From positions 201,903,140 to 201,967,139 of the forward strand of contig NC_052147.1 of NCBI RefSeq assembly GCF_902713615.1: a DNA stretch of 64,000 bases. The letters run 5' to 3'. The position numbers and the translations under genes are program-made. The stretch is from Scyliorhinus canicula (lineage: Eukaryota). The notes beneath the pieces were generated by a model, which saw only the letters and a program-made list of their open reading frames with translations, searched no databases and was not told the DNA's origin. Below, one piece after another: positions 11,204 through 23,289 of the stretch; the stretch's first letter is position 1, and every line of letters begins with the position of its first letter.

Positions 11204-12079
11204 AAAAGTGTGAGTGACTAAAGGATAATTGAGGACATTTTCTCTCTACATTAATGCATTGTACTTGTAGTGATTTAAGGACTTTTAAGAAATGGTGAGG
11301 GGTTTTGTCGGAGCAATTTTGGAGGACTGATGATTCTCTGTTCCAGAAAAATTGAGTGACAATCAGCAGGTAGTCGAGTAATAGCCCAGAAAAAGAATGG
11401 GAGGTAGGAAGCAGTGGGCCCACAACAAAGGAGTGCGCATACTTTGAAACTTTGTCAAGTCCACTCGCGTATTACTTGGTCCGACTGGTTGTCCACCTGG
11501 TTTACAGTGAGACAGTAATGTACCCAACTACTTAGAATGTACTTAATATTTGAGTATTCACCTGAATATTTATAGACGCTCTTTTATGTGAGTGATTTGC
11601 AACTCGATTTTACTTATTTGCTCAGACATGTAGACTTTGCAGATGACCGAACCTGAAAAAAGAATTAGAGGAAATTGAACGGCTTTCTGCTGTGTAGTAA
11701 GCTGTCAAAAGGATGTTGGCTGCTTCCTTTGTGGATCAAGTAACTTAGCAAAGAAACTTGAACTTCAAAAAATACTCTTGCAAAAATAGAGGAAATATAA
11801 GTTCGATCTCTCTCAGCAAAAAGTGTATGAGAAAAATGACTCCGGCTAAATATATTTTATGTGTTGATGTGAAAATAAAAGACTGTTCGGTTTTGGTTCA
11901 GCTATAAATACTGCAGTCACAAGCACTGCTGTTTCTATTATAAGTTGCAGTTTTAGAAAACTGGTGAATCCTAGGAAGGCTATTGTTTTTGAATCCAGGA
12001 GATTAGTGAAGATGGTAAAATATAAAAATAATGATCAGATATTAAAGAAAAACAAATATTATTTTAGAACGATACTTAT

Positions 12080-12195
12080 CTGCATGTAACGCCGGCATTC
12101 CAGCAGTGGTTGTACTTCAAAAGCACTTCTTTAACTGTAAGTTGATTTGGGATATTCTGACAGGTCATGAAAGGCACTATATAATTTGAAATAAG
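12080..12195 (+). mobile_element. Ancient DeuSINE (SacSINE1/AmnSINE1-like) 3' tail
   Basis: acttcaaaagcacttc...catgaaaggcactatataa matches the recalled L2-derived tail of this group. Confidence 0.6.
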
Positions 12196-12299
12196 TGGTA
12201 TAGGGTATATGGCAGGAACTATCGATGCATTTCTATGACGAGTTGTAAAGGCTTTTATTTTTGGGTCACCGTTACGTTTTCTGTATGTAATTTTGAAAG

Positions 12300-12481
12300 G
12301 TGGAAACGAGCCAATAGTGTTGTTACACCGTGAGCTTAACCACTGTTGTGAGAGCACTGATCTCAAGTGAGGTGCGTTGAGGAAGTCTGACATTCAACAT
12401 ACAGCTAACAGGAAGCAAGCAGAACAAATTTCAGGGAACTGTACAAATTTAAAGCTTTTGAATTAGACAAACATTCTGAAG
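12300..12481 (+). other. Candidate non-coding (UTR or lncRNA) exon
   Basis: T-rich tract ending AAG upstream, strong donor GAAG/GTAAGC downstream, stops in all three frames, unique sequence. No transcript evidence. Confidence 0.25.
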
Positions 12482-13451
12482 GTAAGCAAAGTAAATTTAA
12501 ACATAAAACTGTGATAAATAGTCAATTTGGTACTTCCAATGCTTCAGTGATTAGTATTTGTAGCCAATCTAAACCTTGAACTGTTTAAAGGTCTGCAACA
12601 GATGAAGCTTTGGAGGACAGAGTACTCTAGTTAAAACCACAAGCAATTTGGAGGAACTGAAACATGAATGTAGCATTGAAGTTTGCTGCAGCTAGTAGCC
12701 ATACTCAACAAAAAGAGGTTGTGCTTTAGAAGTTATTTTGAAAAACAAACATGCAACAACGGTCTTTACCATTTTTGGAAGAATTTATCAGAAACATTAA
12801 TTTGAAAATCAAGCCTGCTGCTTCTGGTTCGTACAGCATTTTGAGTAACATTTGAGATGGATCAGTACAAAAAGCACAAATCCTACATTGTATTGTGGCT
12901 TTCTTCAGCAGGAATTTATTGTGCAATATACTTCTGGATTTGCAGTACAAATACAAGAATCCTTTAAAGCATTTATTTAGAATGCTGATATGGCAAATAA
13001 TACAATGCTCAGCACTAGGGAAACACTGAATTGTTATTACAGGAAGTAAGCTTGTTATACCCATATTTAATTTTCAGAACAAAAAATTGAATCAAAAACA
13101 TCAATACCGTGTTAACAATATTTAATGACATTGCTGGAGCACACATTCGATTTGAAGAAGTGCGACACTGGTCCATTTCAATAAACTCTCTCAACAGGAG
13201 AAAATACTCTGTTCAACCCTTTCGAATAAAGAAAGATTTCAATAGGTTTTTAAATGGAGTATTTGTATTTAATTTTTGAAGTGCTACTGAATATTTTAAA
13301 AATAATCTCTTTCAGTAGCTTATTTCTCAATTAATGATTTTGAAAAGTATAAACTCCATTCTTCATATAGGTTTTCTGTTGTAGCAGGCACAATTTAAAC
13401 AATTAATGTATACACATCATCAGGGGAACAGCCAGTTGAAAATTGGTGAAA

Positions 13452-13898
13452 TATGAGAGGGTCGGTACAAGGGTTCTTTAGGCGGTGTCAACGTTTTCTC
13501 GACTTTCTGGCTCAACGATAGGGTACGGGGACAGTAGCAGCAGCAACCCGGGGGGGTGTGGGGGAAGGAGGAGGGAAAAGGTGGGGGAGGGAAAAGGTGG
13601 GGGAGGGAAAAGGTGGGGGAGGGAAAAGGTGGGGGAGGGAAAAGGTGGGGAGGGAAAAGGTGGGGGAGGGAAAAGGTGGGGGGGCGGACGATGACTATGT
13701 TTGTTTATTTAATTTAAATTTATTTTTAAGTTCTTTTGTTCATTGGGGTTGCGGGGTGGAGGATGGGATACATGCGTCGATACGGTCTGGGGGTGATACA
13801 GTTATTATGGGTTATTTTGTTGCATTTCATTGTTTGTCATTACGTTTTATATTTTCTGTAAAAAATTCCAATAAAAATTATATTTAAAAAAAAAAAAA
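13452..13898 (+). mobile_element. Young L1/Tx1-type LINE 3' end
   Basis: End of ORF2 (FLDFLAQR*), AATAAA and poly(A), TSD gaaaattggtgaaa (13438-13451 and 13899-13912). Confidence 0.9.
13572..13684 (+). repeat. G-rich minisatellite (ggggagggaaaaggtg)n, about 7 units
   Basis: Directly visible 15-16-nt tandem units. Confidence 0.95.
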
Positions 13899-15063
13899 GA
13901 AAATTGGTGAAACATAACTTGGTTATAAAATGAGGGGGTGTGTGTTGAGAATTCTAAACTTTTTAAATATCTTAATTGTATTAGCAGCAAATGTCTTAAA
14001 TTATTGAAAGCCAATGACTCCATATTAAATTGACTTCATTATTATAAAGGAACATGAAGCTAGTACTTTGGAAGTGTCCAACTCAATATTTAACATAACT
14101 TTATTGAAATTATTGACTATTAGTTGAGTACGTTTATTGGTCTATGAAATTTCAGTATCGGGGGTTGTTGAGACAGTGTATGGAGTATATGAAAAATAAA
14201 ACTTCAGACAGCAATATGTAGCTTCAATATGCTCAGCTTGAAAATACTGTTTTTAATGAAGAAGTAAGAAGTTCTTTTCATTGGTGTCATGGGTGAAGGC
14301 AATAGAATTTGAAGGGATTAATTTTTGTATGTTAGTGTAGTAGTGACATCCACATTGGTACTAATACGTCTGAGCAATTTTAAGAAGTGGAAGAAAGCTG
14401 GAGATTTATCTTTTATATAAAGCAAAAGTATGGGAATTGGAATGTGTGTGGGTTTTTCAGCAAAGTGCTAACGTAAGCGTAAGTTCAGTGTTTTTCCTAA
14501 ATACTAGCTGATTTAGCAACTGTGCTGAAAGATCTGCATGCTAAATTCCTTGTGCTAAACAGGAAATATGAAAAATGTGACTTTTGAAGCCTGAAGGCTT
14601 TGGAGACTTTGCTAGTGGACTAAAATTGCTAACCTGAAGAGAGAATTATTTTGACTAGCATCTATTTTTAAAAATATAAACAAATATGAACATGATTGGT
14701 ATTTAAAGTTGTACAGTCGCACTTGTCTATCCATTTCATCAGAAGCAAAGATTCTTTAGATTTACAGATACTGAGTACTTACTGGCTGTACAATATGCTC
14801 TGTTGGTCAAACAAATCAAAGTGACATTGCTTGAAATGTAGGGGTTGAGAGCCCATAACGGAAGTGTCTGAATGGAAATAGTGCTTCCATTTTGTCTTTC
14901 ATAATTGCTGAGACGTGATATTGTTTTTAAGAGCATTCAAATTTAATACTGAGTTTACAAAATTATATGTAATTATGTTATCAAAATTTACTTTAATGCA
15001 GAAAATCTCAGTATCACAAATTATATAAGAATTAGGATTATATAAAAGTCAACACATTAATAG

Positions 15064-15306
15064 TTTTGCATGTACTCCCCCTGTCTGCATGGGTTTCCTC
15101 CGGGTACTCCGGATCCCTCCCACAGTCTAAAGACCGTTTAGGTGGATTGGCCATGCTAAATTGCCCTTGTGTGTCCAGGGATGTGCAGGTTAGGTTATGG
15201 GGTTACGTGAATAAGGGGGAGTGGGCTTGGATAGAATGCTCATTCGAAGGGTTGGTGTAAACTTGATGGGCCGAATGGCCTCCTTCTGCACTGTAGGGAT
15301 TTTATG
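15064..15306 (+). mobile_element. SINE type A, 5'-truncated
   Basis: Core and CR1-type tail present; head missing. Confidence 0.85.
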
Positions 15307-16557
15307 ATGTTTAAGTGTTATTAATTGTGGATGCAAGTAATTATAGAATCAAGGTAAAAGAAGGAAGCTGCATCACCAGATGGGATTTAGTTTTTAAGCA
15401 ATGTAATAATATTTACCTTAATAGAATTACACTGTAGCTTATAAAGGAACAATGCTTCACCTTGACATTCAAGCCATGCATTGTATGTTACATGGTATAA
15501 TGTTTATGTCCTTTTCAGACCGCATTTATCCTATTCCAAAATTCTAATTGTGACCAGGAAAGATTAATCTATCAATTTGATCAACATTTTTTTCTTAAAT
15601 AAACTTTTGTGATAAGGGTCAAACACAATAAATGGAGAGATCATTATCTGCAGTTGTCAGAGACTGCTTTCCTGAAGTTCCTGGTCTCTAGGAAGGGAGA
15701 GAGCCTGGGAAGTGAAGAGAGAGAACCACACAAAGAAACAAGGGAGACCCGATGAAAAATTCAATTCATTGGACTAGCATTTGTATAGCTGCATTTGGTC
15801 TAATTTACAAAATATTATTTAATGTTTTCAATTATTTTCAGAATCTACTTCAATCTACCTAGTTCAAATCAAATGGCTGACGTGACATAATTTATCAAAT
15901 CGATAAATATATAAGCTAACATGAACTTTTCCGAAATGAAATGTTGTAAGTTTGATGTCCACAAGTGACCAGCATTTATTTTCTCTGACGTGAGTTTTGT
16001 CAGTTCTGTGCCCACTCATAATTATGACATGGTCTTACATCTGATAGCCTGGCTGGGTTTGGGGGGATAAATGCTTCCTGACTGTAAAATGCAGAACTGT
16101 ATGAGGAAAGGTTAAGAAAGTTGATTTTGTTGTTGTTGCAAAGAGGAAGTTTTGAGCCGTTTCATTTCTATTTAGAACTTTTATTTGAAGGATTTAGTAT
16201 TACCCAAAAAACAAACGTTTGGATGTCATTTTTCAATCCAGGGTTATGACATAAGATAAATTTAGATTGTGGCGACTTTAAAACCTGCAGAGTTTACTTA
16301 ATTTCCGAGAATGAATTTTTAGTGTTCAGTCAGCTGTACTAAAGGAGAATGTTTTTTCATTTTACAGTAGTTTTAACAACTTAATTTCTCAAAATTATTC
16401 AAACAATAGCTAGAGATCAAGTTGCAAAAGCATAATTCAGTTAAAGGTTACATGGAGCAATTTGAGGGCGAGAAAAGTATGTGTTTCAGAGTGGAAATAA
16501 TGAGAAAATGTGGTGCTCTGATTTTAAAGCCTTATTTTTTAGTTTTCTTTGATAAAC

Positions 16558-18126
16558 AATTTTTTAAATAAATGTTTTTATTGGGTTTTTAAACAAAGTA
16601 TATTCAACTCTGTACAACTGGAACAATTATTTGCAACACATAAGTAGGTGACTGTTTGGGGGGGGGGGGGGGGGGGGAAGGGGGGTGGAGACTGGGAAGG
16701 TAAATATACAGTTGGGTGCCGGAGAAAAATTACAGTGGGCAATACTCGAATGGGTTTGGTGTTGGTGTTGTCACATGCTTGTCCCGGACGGATCTCGCTG
16801 CCGTTGTCGTCTCGCGCTCACCTCCGCTTCTACCATTCCTCCTGTCTTTCGTCTGTATTCTCCTTGTTCTTTATTCCTGGAGATGCCAAGTTTGTTATCG
16901 TATCCCATGCCCTCCTTCTGGCTGTCATTTCCCTGCCTCCTCCCCACCTCCCTGTTTCTGCTCGCTTGTTCCCTGTCCCTTCCCTCCCGCCCCCTCACCC
17001 GCCCTCCTGTGGTTCGCCTTTCTTTCCTCTTAGGTTTAGCTGTCCCCTCCCCCTCTCCCAGTCTATTTCCCTCTCATGCTTTGGCTACTTTCCCCTGATT
17101 CTTGGCTACCTGGATATTCTTCTGCTTATTCATTGGCAACAAACAGGTCCCGGAACAATTGGGTGAATGGCTCCCACGTTCTGTGGAAGCCGTCGTCTGG
17201 GTGGTGCTGCTGACCGCCAGCCGAACAGGATTCTACGGCGGGCGATCAGGGAGGCAAAGGCAAGGGCGTCCGCCCTCCTCCCCAGGAATGGATCTGGCTG
17301 GTCTGAAACCCCGAAGACCGCCATTGCCTCGAAGAAGGCTGTCCAATACCCCGCAAGTGTGGGGCAAGACCAGAACATGTGGGCGTGGTTGGCCGGGCCT
17401 CCTTGGTACTGTTCACATCTATCCTCCACCTCCGGAAAGATCCTACTCATACGGGTTCTTGTTAAGGGGGCTCTATGTACCACTTTTAGCTTTGTCAGGC
17501 TGAGCCTTGCGCACGTGGAGGTGGTGTTGACCCTGTGTATGTAGTGCTTCGCTCCAGAGTCCCCATACTATTTCAATCCCCAGGTCCTCTTCCCATTTCT
17601 TTCTTGTTGCGTCCAGTACGGTGTCGGCCCTCTCTACTAGTCAGTCATACATGTCACTACAGTTTCCTTTATCTAGTATGCTTGCGTCCAGTAACTCTTC
17701 CAGTAATGTCTGTTGTGGGGGTTGTGGGTACATCCTTGTCTCCTTTCGTAGAAAGTTTTTGAGCTATAGATACCTTCGCTCGTTCCCCTGGCCAGCTGGA
17801 ATTTCTCAGTCAGTTCGTCCAGTGTTGCGATCCTGCCGTCCGTGTACAGGTCCCTGACTGTCAGTGTCCCCCCGTCCTGCCCCCACCTTTTGAAGGTGGC
17901 GTCAGTCAGTGCTGGTGTGAACCTATGGTTGTTGCAGATGGGAGCTTTGTCCAACATTTTGGTCAGGCCAAATTGCTGCCGAAGTTGGCTCCAGGATTGG
18001 AGGGTGGCTATCACCACCGGGCTGCTGGAGTGATTTTTGGGTGGGGATGGAAGTGCTGCCATGGTGAGGGCCCGGTGGGAGGGCCCCATGCAGGAGGCCT
18101 CTTCCGCACGCACCCACTCGGCTTTG
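16558..18126 (-). mobile_element. L1/Tx1-type LINE 3' fragment (second subfamily)
   Basis: ORF2 C-terminus ANHAHMFWSCP and AFASLIARRRIL; AATAAA and A tail; TSD tttgataaac (16548-16557 and 18127-18136). Confidence 0.9.
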
Positions 18127-18558
18127 TTTGATAAACGTGAAGTGTATTGATTTGGGCTAATATTTTATTCCAGTGTAGTACATAGCCGATTCATTAGGAG
18201 GTTCTGAAACAGCCTGTTTTCTTATGTGGTTTAAAAATCTGTGGTCCCATAAATCTTTCCACATTGCAGATATTTTGTAAAAATTCTACTTTTTAAAATA
18301 AATATGTTTTTGATGATTGTTATATTATCGAATTCAGTGCAACGGTTATTAATTCCACTACTGTGCAATAAACACATTTTTGTCTATAGGTACACCAAAG
18401 GTTGTGGTCAGGGCAGTGGTACTCCAAATCTTTAGGCCACAGAATAGTTGGGCACAGTTCATCTTCTTCCCTGCACCAAATCCAATTCTTGCCAGTCAAT
18501 GCTGAACATCCATGTTTGATGCTGACAAGGAGAATTTTGTACATTTGTGTGTATCAAT

Positions 18559-18986
18559 CGTGCAAAGTGTGGAAAGACAAATGATTCTATTTGCTTTAAC
18601 CTCCACGAGGACCATGGGGAAACAATCATTGATCTCCCTGTGGGGCTCCTAGAATACAAGCTCCCTAGGTCGGGGGCAGAGGCCAACCACCTGGGGCTCG
18701 TTAAGGCAGGGGATAAAAACAGACCCAACTTGGGGCCTGGTCAGAACTATCCTCCCAGCAAGATCTGCACTGAGTGAGATGCTGCGCTAAGCATGTAATT
18801 GTAAATAGGTAAATAAATTCACCTTCGCTCAGGAACATGAACCCGATGTTAACCATGAACATTTGACTGCTGCATCTCGGCAAGGTAGAATCGTAGTCTT
18901 GGAACATTGGTCCAGGACTTACTTCTGAAGTTGTTGTCGTCATGGTATTTATTGACAAGAACTGGGAATTGTAGCGAAGAACTACA
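18559..18986 (+). mobile_element. Probable solo LTR (428 bp)
   Basis: TCAAT on both flanks (18554-18558 and 18987-18991); ends CA; starts CG rather than TG; TATA-like GATAAAA then AATAAA. Confidence 0.55.
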
Positions 18987-19042
18987 TCAATGATCTAAGA
19001 TGATTTGTGCATATCGGAATCTTTTGGAGATTTTTTGTTTTC

Positions 19043-19640
19043 ATTCATGGGATGTGCGCATCACTGGTGAGGCCAACATTTATTGCCCATCGATAATTAT
19101 CTTTTGAGAAGGTGGCCGTGTGCTGCCTTTCTGAACAAACTGAAATCCATGTGCTGTTAGGAAGTGAGTTGCAGGATTTTTGACCCACTTTCAATGAAGG
19201 AACTATATAGTTCCAAGTCAGGATGGCTTGTGACTTGGTAAGAAACTTGAAGTTGGTGTGTCCCCTACATCTGCTACCCATGTTCTTTATAGATGGTAGA
19301 GGTTACGGGATTGGAAGGTGCTATTGAAGGAACCTTGGTGACGTGTTGCAGTGTTTCTTGTAGATGGAAAACACTGCTGCCACTGTGCAAAGGTGGAGGA
19401 TAGGATGCTAATCAAATGGGCTGCTTTGTCCTGGAAATTGTCATGCTTCATGAGTGCTAATGGAGCTGAACTCATCTAGGCAAATGGAGAGTATTCCATA
19501 ACACTCTTGACCGACTTTGGGGAGTCAGGAGGTGAGTTACTTTCTGCAGAATTCCCAGCCTCTGACTTGCTCCTGTAGCCAGATGTAGCTGGTCCAGTTC
19601 AGTATCTGGTCAATGATGACCCCCAGAATATTGATTGTGG
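19043..19640 (-). mobile_element. Non-LTR retrotransposon 3' fragment (CR1/L2-group lineage distinct from the main CR1)
   Basis: NILGVIIDQILNWTS and FQDKAAHLI motifs; 3' end catcccatgaatgaa. Confidence 0.75.
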
Positions 19641-20180
19641 AGACTGTCAGCCAATCGGAGGCCAGCAGCTCTTCTTTACTCAGCAGAGCCACCAGGAAGG
19701 CGAAGACTGCAGCCAGTACTACACCCATCCGAGGCCTCGGATTGAGGAGGGACTCGTGCACAGGTGAGTGATTGCACTCAGGAATTGCAGGGGAGAGGTA
19801 TGTCAGCAAAGGCAGGGATATGGATCACCGCTGACCTCATCCTGATGATGGGTCCCTCAATCAGGCAATGAGTGTCTTTGAATGAGGGTCTGCCAGCTAC
19901 CCACCACATCCCGAAAACCCGGTAGCTTGCAAGTGAGTACGCCAAGGTTTGCTAATCATGCTTATCATTTGACAAGCTGATTACCCACCCGTGGCTTGAA
20001 ACCAGCAGCAGTGGGATGGGACCCTTAAGTGGGTATTAATTGCCTGCTTATGAGCCTCAATTAGCAGAAGGAAGGTCTTCCGTTGGCCTTTCAGCCACAG
20101 ATTAATTGGGAGGAGATGGAGCAGTGACGGGGTTGCCTCCCGCCAGATTAGATGCCACCGTGCCACCAAATGGTAAAACT

Positions 20181-20915
20181 GGGCAGGATTTTTCAGATGT
20201 CAGGGCTTTTTGCCCCACCACCTGAAGAGTTGGAATGGAATGTGCCCCCACTGATGACAGTAGCCCACAGCCGTTTAGTGGTCTGAGGAGCATCAATTTG
20301 CTGGAAACGGGACTTTGGTCCCTCACTCGGATGAAAGTCCCTCCTTGGTGAGATCAGAGGGAAGGGAGCATCTGCCAGGGGAGGGGGAGGGAGGTGCACA
20401 GACCTCGGGTGCTGTGTGCCCAATGTGGAAAGGGGGCCCTTGTGGGATGTGCCCTCTCTCTTCCCATCTGAGGCCCAAGCAGGGTGACCTGCCAGTCTTT
20501 ACCCCACCCTTGAACCTTTTCCAAAAGCCTCAAAATTGAGGTTAGGTGGGAAGTTAGGGGCTAGTTTAGCTCACAAGGCTAATCGCTGGCTTTAAAGCAG
20601 GCAAGCAGGCCAGCAGCCACGGTTCGATTCCCGTACCAGCCTCCCCGGACAGGCGCCGGAATGTGGCGACTAGGGGCTTTTCACAGTAACTTCATTGAAG
20701 CCTACTCGTGACAATAAGCGATTTTCATTTTTTTTTCCAAGTGCCACTTAAGGGTGTCAGCTGTGGTGAGGGCAGGCCGCCAAAAGGCCTTGCCTGATCT
20801 AGGTAAAATTGTGGTCCGATCGGGCGTGGAAGGGCAGCCAGGAGGCAACCCAGAAAGACTATGCCCCACCCCATCTCCATCTTCAACTCACTGGTGAGGG
20901 ACAATAAAATCCCGC
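20181..20915. mobile_element. Harbinger-like non-autonomous element; related GC-rich sequence extends left to about 19645
   Basis: Termini gggcaggatttt / aaaatcccgc, similar to the other MITE ends. Confidence 0.5.
20557..20736 (+). mobile_element. SINE type C, young and full length
   Basis: ggggctagtttagctc...ggttcgattcccgtaccagc head and tail; CpG-rich. Confidence 0.9.
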
Positions 20916-21160
20916 AAAATTCATTTGCAAATCTTATGGCTCCTATTCCTCAACCGGTCTTGATTTATAATTTTTAATTATAGGGTGGCACGGTAGCACA
21001 GTGGTTAGCACTGTTACTTCACAGTGCCAGGGACCCGGGTTCAATTCCCAGCTTGGGTCACTGTCTGTGCGGTGTCTGTATGTTCTTTGTTGATCTTTGA
21101 GCTTCCAAAAAATGTTTTCAAGTGGTTCAGAGTCCTTTTAACTTGTTTATTATTAATTAC

Positions 21161-21470
21161 GGGCGGCACAGTGCTTATCATTGCTGCTTCACAGCGCCAG
21201 GGACCCAGGTTCATTTCCAGCCTTGGGTGACTGTGTGGAATTTGCTGTCTGCATGGGTTTCCTCTGGGTGTTCCGGTTTCTTCCCGCAGTCCAAATATGT
21301 GCAGGTTAGGTGGCTTGGTCAGACTAAATTTCCCCTTATTATCCAGGGATTTGCAGATTGGGTGGGGTTATGGGGATGGGGTGAGTGAGTAGGCCTTGGA
21401 AGGTGCTCTTTTGGAGTTTGGGTGCAGACTCGATGGGCTGATTGCCCTCCTGCCACTGTGGGGATTCTTC
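21161..21470 (+). mobile_element. SINE type A, diverged
   Basis: Head, core and CR1-type tail recognisable. Confidence 0.8.
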
Positions 21471-21744
21471 TATCTAAACCTGTCAACAATATTGACTGTC
21501 TGATTCCTTCCTGGGTTTTGAACTCCAACACCAAGAGTGGGAAAAGCATTCCACAGGACAGGGCCTCCAGGTGAAGCCAGGATTCTTCGCTGCAGCAATT
21601 GGAACTAGGAGGGAGGAATAATGCAGTTGATTTGACTTTGCGATGTGTTGCAATGTTAAAAGGTGCTATATAAATGCAAGTTGTTGTCAATTGTAGCAGG
21701 CACCACCTAAGTGATTGGGATTTGAATCCATACCATTTGCCAAA

Positions 21745-21998
21745 CCTATGAATGCGTTAACACTGAAAATCCCCGAGTCACCACATTCCGGCGCCTGTTC
21801 GGGTTCACTGAGGGAGAATTCAGAATGTCCAATTCAACTAACAAGCATGTCTTTCGGGATTGTGGGAGGAAACCGGAGCTCCTGTACACGGGGAAAATGT
21901 TCAGTCTCCACACCGACTTGTGACCCAAGCCGGGAATTGAGCCCGGGTCCCTGGCACTGTGAAGCAACAGTGCTAACCACTGTGATACCGAGCCACCC
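21745..21998 (-). mobile_element. SINE type B
   Basis: Head, core and partial type-B tail. Confidence 0.85.
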
Positions 21999-22404
21999 TA
22001 TAATTAAAAATTATAAATCAAAACCGGTTGAGGAATAGGAGCCATAAGATTTGCAAATGATTTACTAACAGAGACAAATCAAAATAGTGCTTTCATTGCC
22101 CCAGTATTTCTCAGATAATAGATGAATTTTGGACCAATAGAGTGAGAACTTGTTGGATTGCGAGTTTTCTTTAAGAAATGTTGACTAACTAGGAATGGAA
22201 AGCTTCCAAAGACCAGAAAAATCCCTTTGTTTGTTCCAATTTACCCTTTCAGTTTGTATATCTTGTTCCAATTGCTCAAAATAAAAGGATGCTTATGATG
22301 GGTTGAAGTCAAATACTGAGTCAGAGGGCTGTTTACTTGTCTAATTGCCGGAGTCTTTGTGGAACTGTTGCAGAAATAATGACAAAAGGGCAAGTTTAGC
22401 TGGT

Positions 22405-22610
22405 TGACTGGTTTAGCTCAGTGGGCTAGACAGCTGGTTTGTGATGCAGAGCAAGGCCAGCAGCGCGGGTTCAATTCCTGTACCAGCTGAGAATTCTGAA
22501 TTCTCCCTCTGTGTACCCGAACAGGCGCCAGAATGTGGTGACTAGGGGCTTTTCACAGTAACTTCATTGCAATGTTAATGTAAGCGCCTACTTGTGACAA
22601 TAAAGATCAT
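22405..22610 (+). mobile_element. SINE type C variant with a longer type-B tail
   Basis: Type-C head joined to attctgaattctccctctgtgtacccgaacaggcgcc...tgacaataaa. Confidence 0.85.
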
Positions 22611-22704
22611 TTACATTTACAAGTGATGAAGTGGCAGGCGTGGTGATGCTTGATGCTATAGCTGCAAGCGTGCATATAGGCAGCCTGGACCCTGATTTTT
22701 GGTC

Positions 22705-23090
22705 ATAGAATCGTATTGGACAGAAAAGGCCCTTCGGCCCATCTAGTCTGCACAAACAATAACTACTCCTAATCACACGCTAATCGTACTTACCAGCAAT
22801 TGTTCCATATCCTTGAATGTGATGGTGTTTCAAGTACTCATCTAAGTGCTTTTTAAAGGTTATAAGGTTTCCAGGTAGTGCATTCCACAATCTCACCACC
22901 CTTTGAGCGAAAATGTTTTTTATCAAATCCCCTCGGAATCTCCTGCCCCTCACCCTAAAACTATGCCCCCTTGTGATTGACCCCTCAACCAAGGGGAACA
23001 GCTGCTTCCTATTTGCCTTGTCCATAACCCCTCATAAGCTGATACATCTCAATCATATTTCCCCCAACCTTCTATACAGTTCCAACATAA
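22705..23090 (-). mobile_element. CR1 LINE 3' fragment
   Basis: LFPLVEGSITRGHSF...QRVVRLWNALP. Confidence 0.85.
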
Positions 23091-23289
23091 CCTGTTTGCT
23101 CTTGGTGTTGACTGTTTGAAGCTGCATCATCATTAGTTGAAGTGCATACATAGAAAAGCAACTAGAAAAGTTGTCCTAAAACATTGATTGTTTCCTGGCA
23201 GCTAGTCAACTAAGCACAGCATTATAAAACAGGCAACAAGAAAAACAGAACTTGCATTAGCTTCATGAAACATCGGTTCTCATGGCAGA

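Larger units (their letters stand above)
20921..22060. repeat. 141-bp inverted repeat pair (20921-21061 and 21920-22060)
   Basis: Manual alignment shows 6 mismatches; includes 62 bp of non-SINE flank plus a SINE head. Confidence 0.95.

Noticed and set aside
11626-11700. Possible coding exon after a T-rich tract and CAG
   Set aside because: The ATG frame closes after 11 codons and there is no convincing donor.
12726-13064. 112-aa ORF in unique AT-rich DNA (and other short ORFs at 26-28 kb and 33 kb)
   Set aside because: No recognisable domain or consistent splice context; length is compatible with chance.
13572-13684. Possible CRISPR-like or telomeric array
   Set aside because: No spacers and not TTAGGG; a simple minisatellite in eukaryotic DNA.
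20557-20640. tRNA-like sequences with A and B boxes (many copies)
   Set aside because: SINE heads continuous with SINE bodies; not called as tRNA genes.
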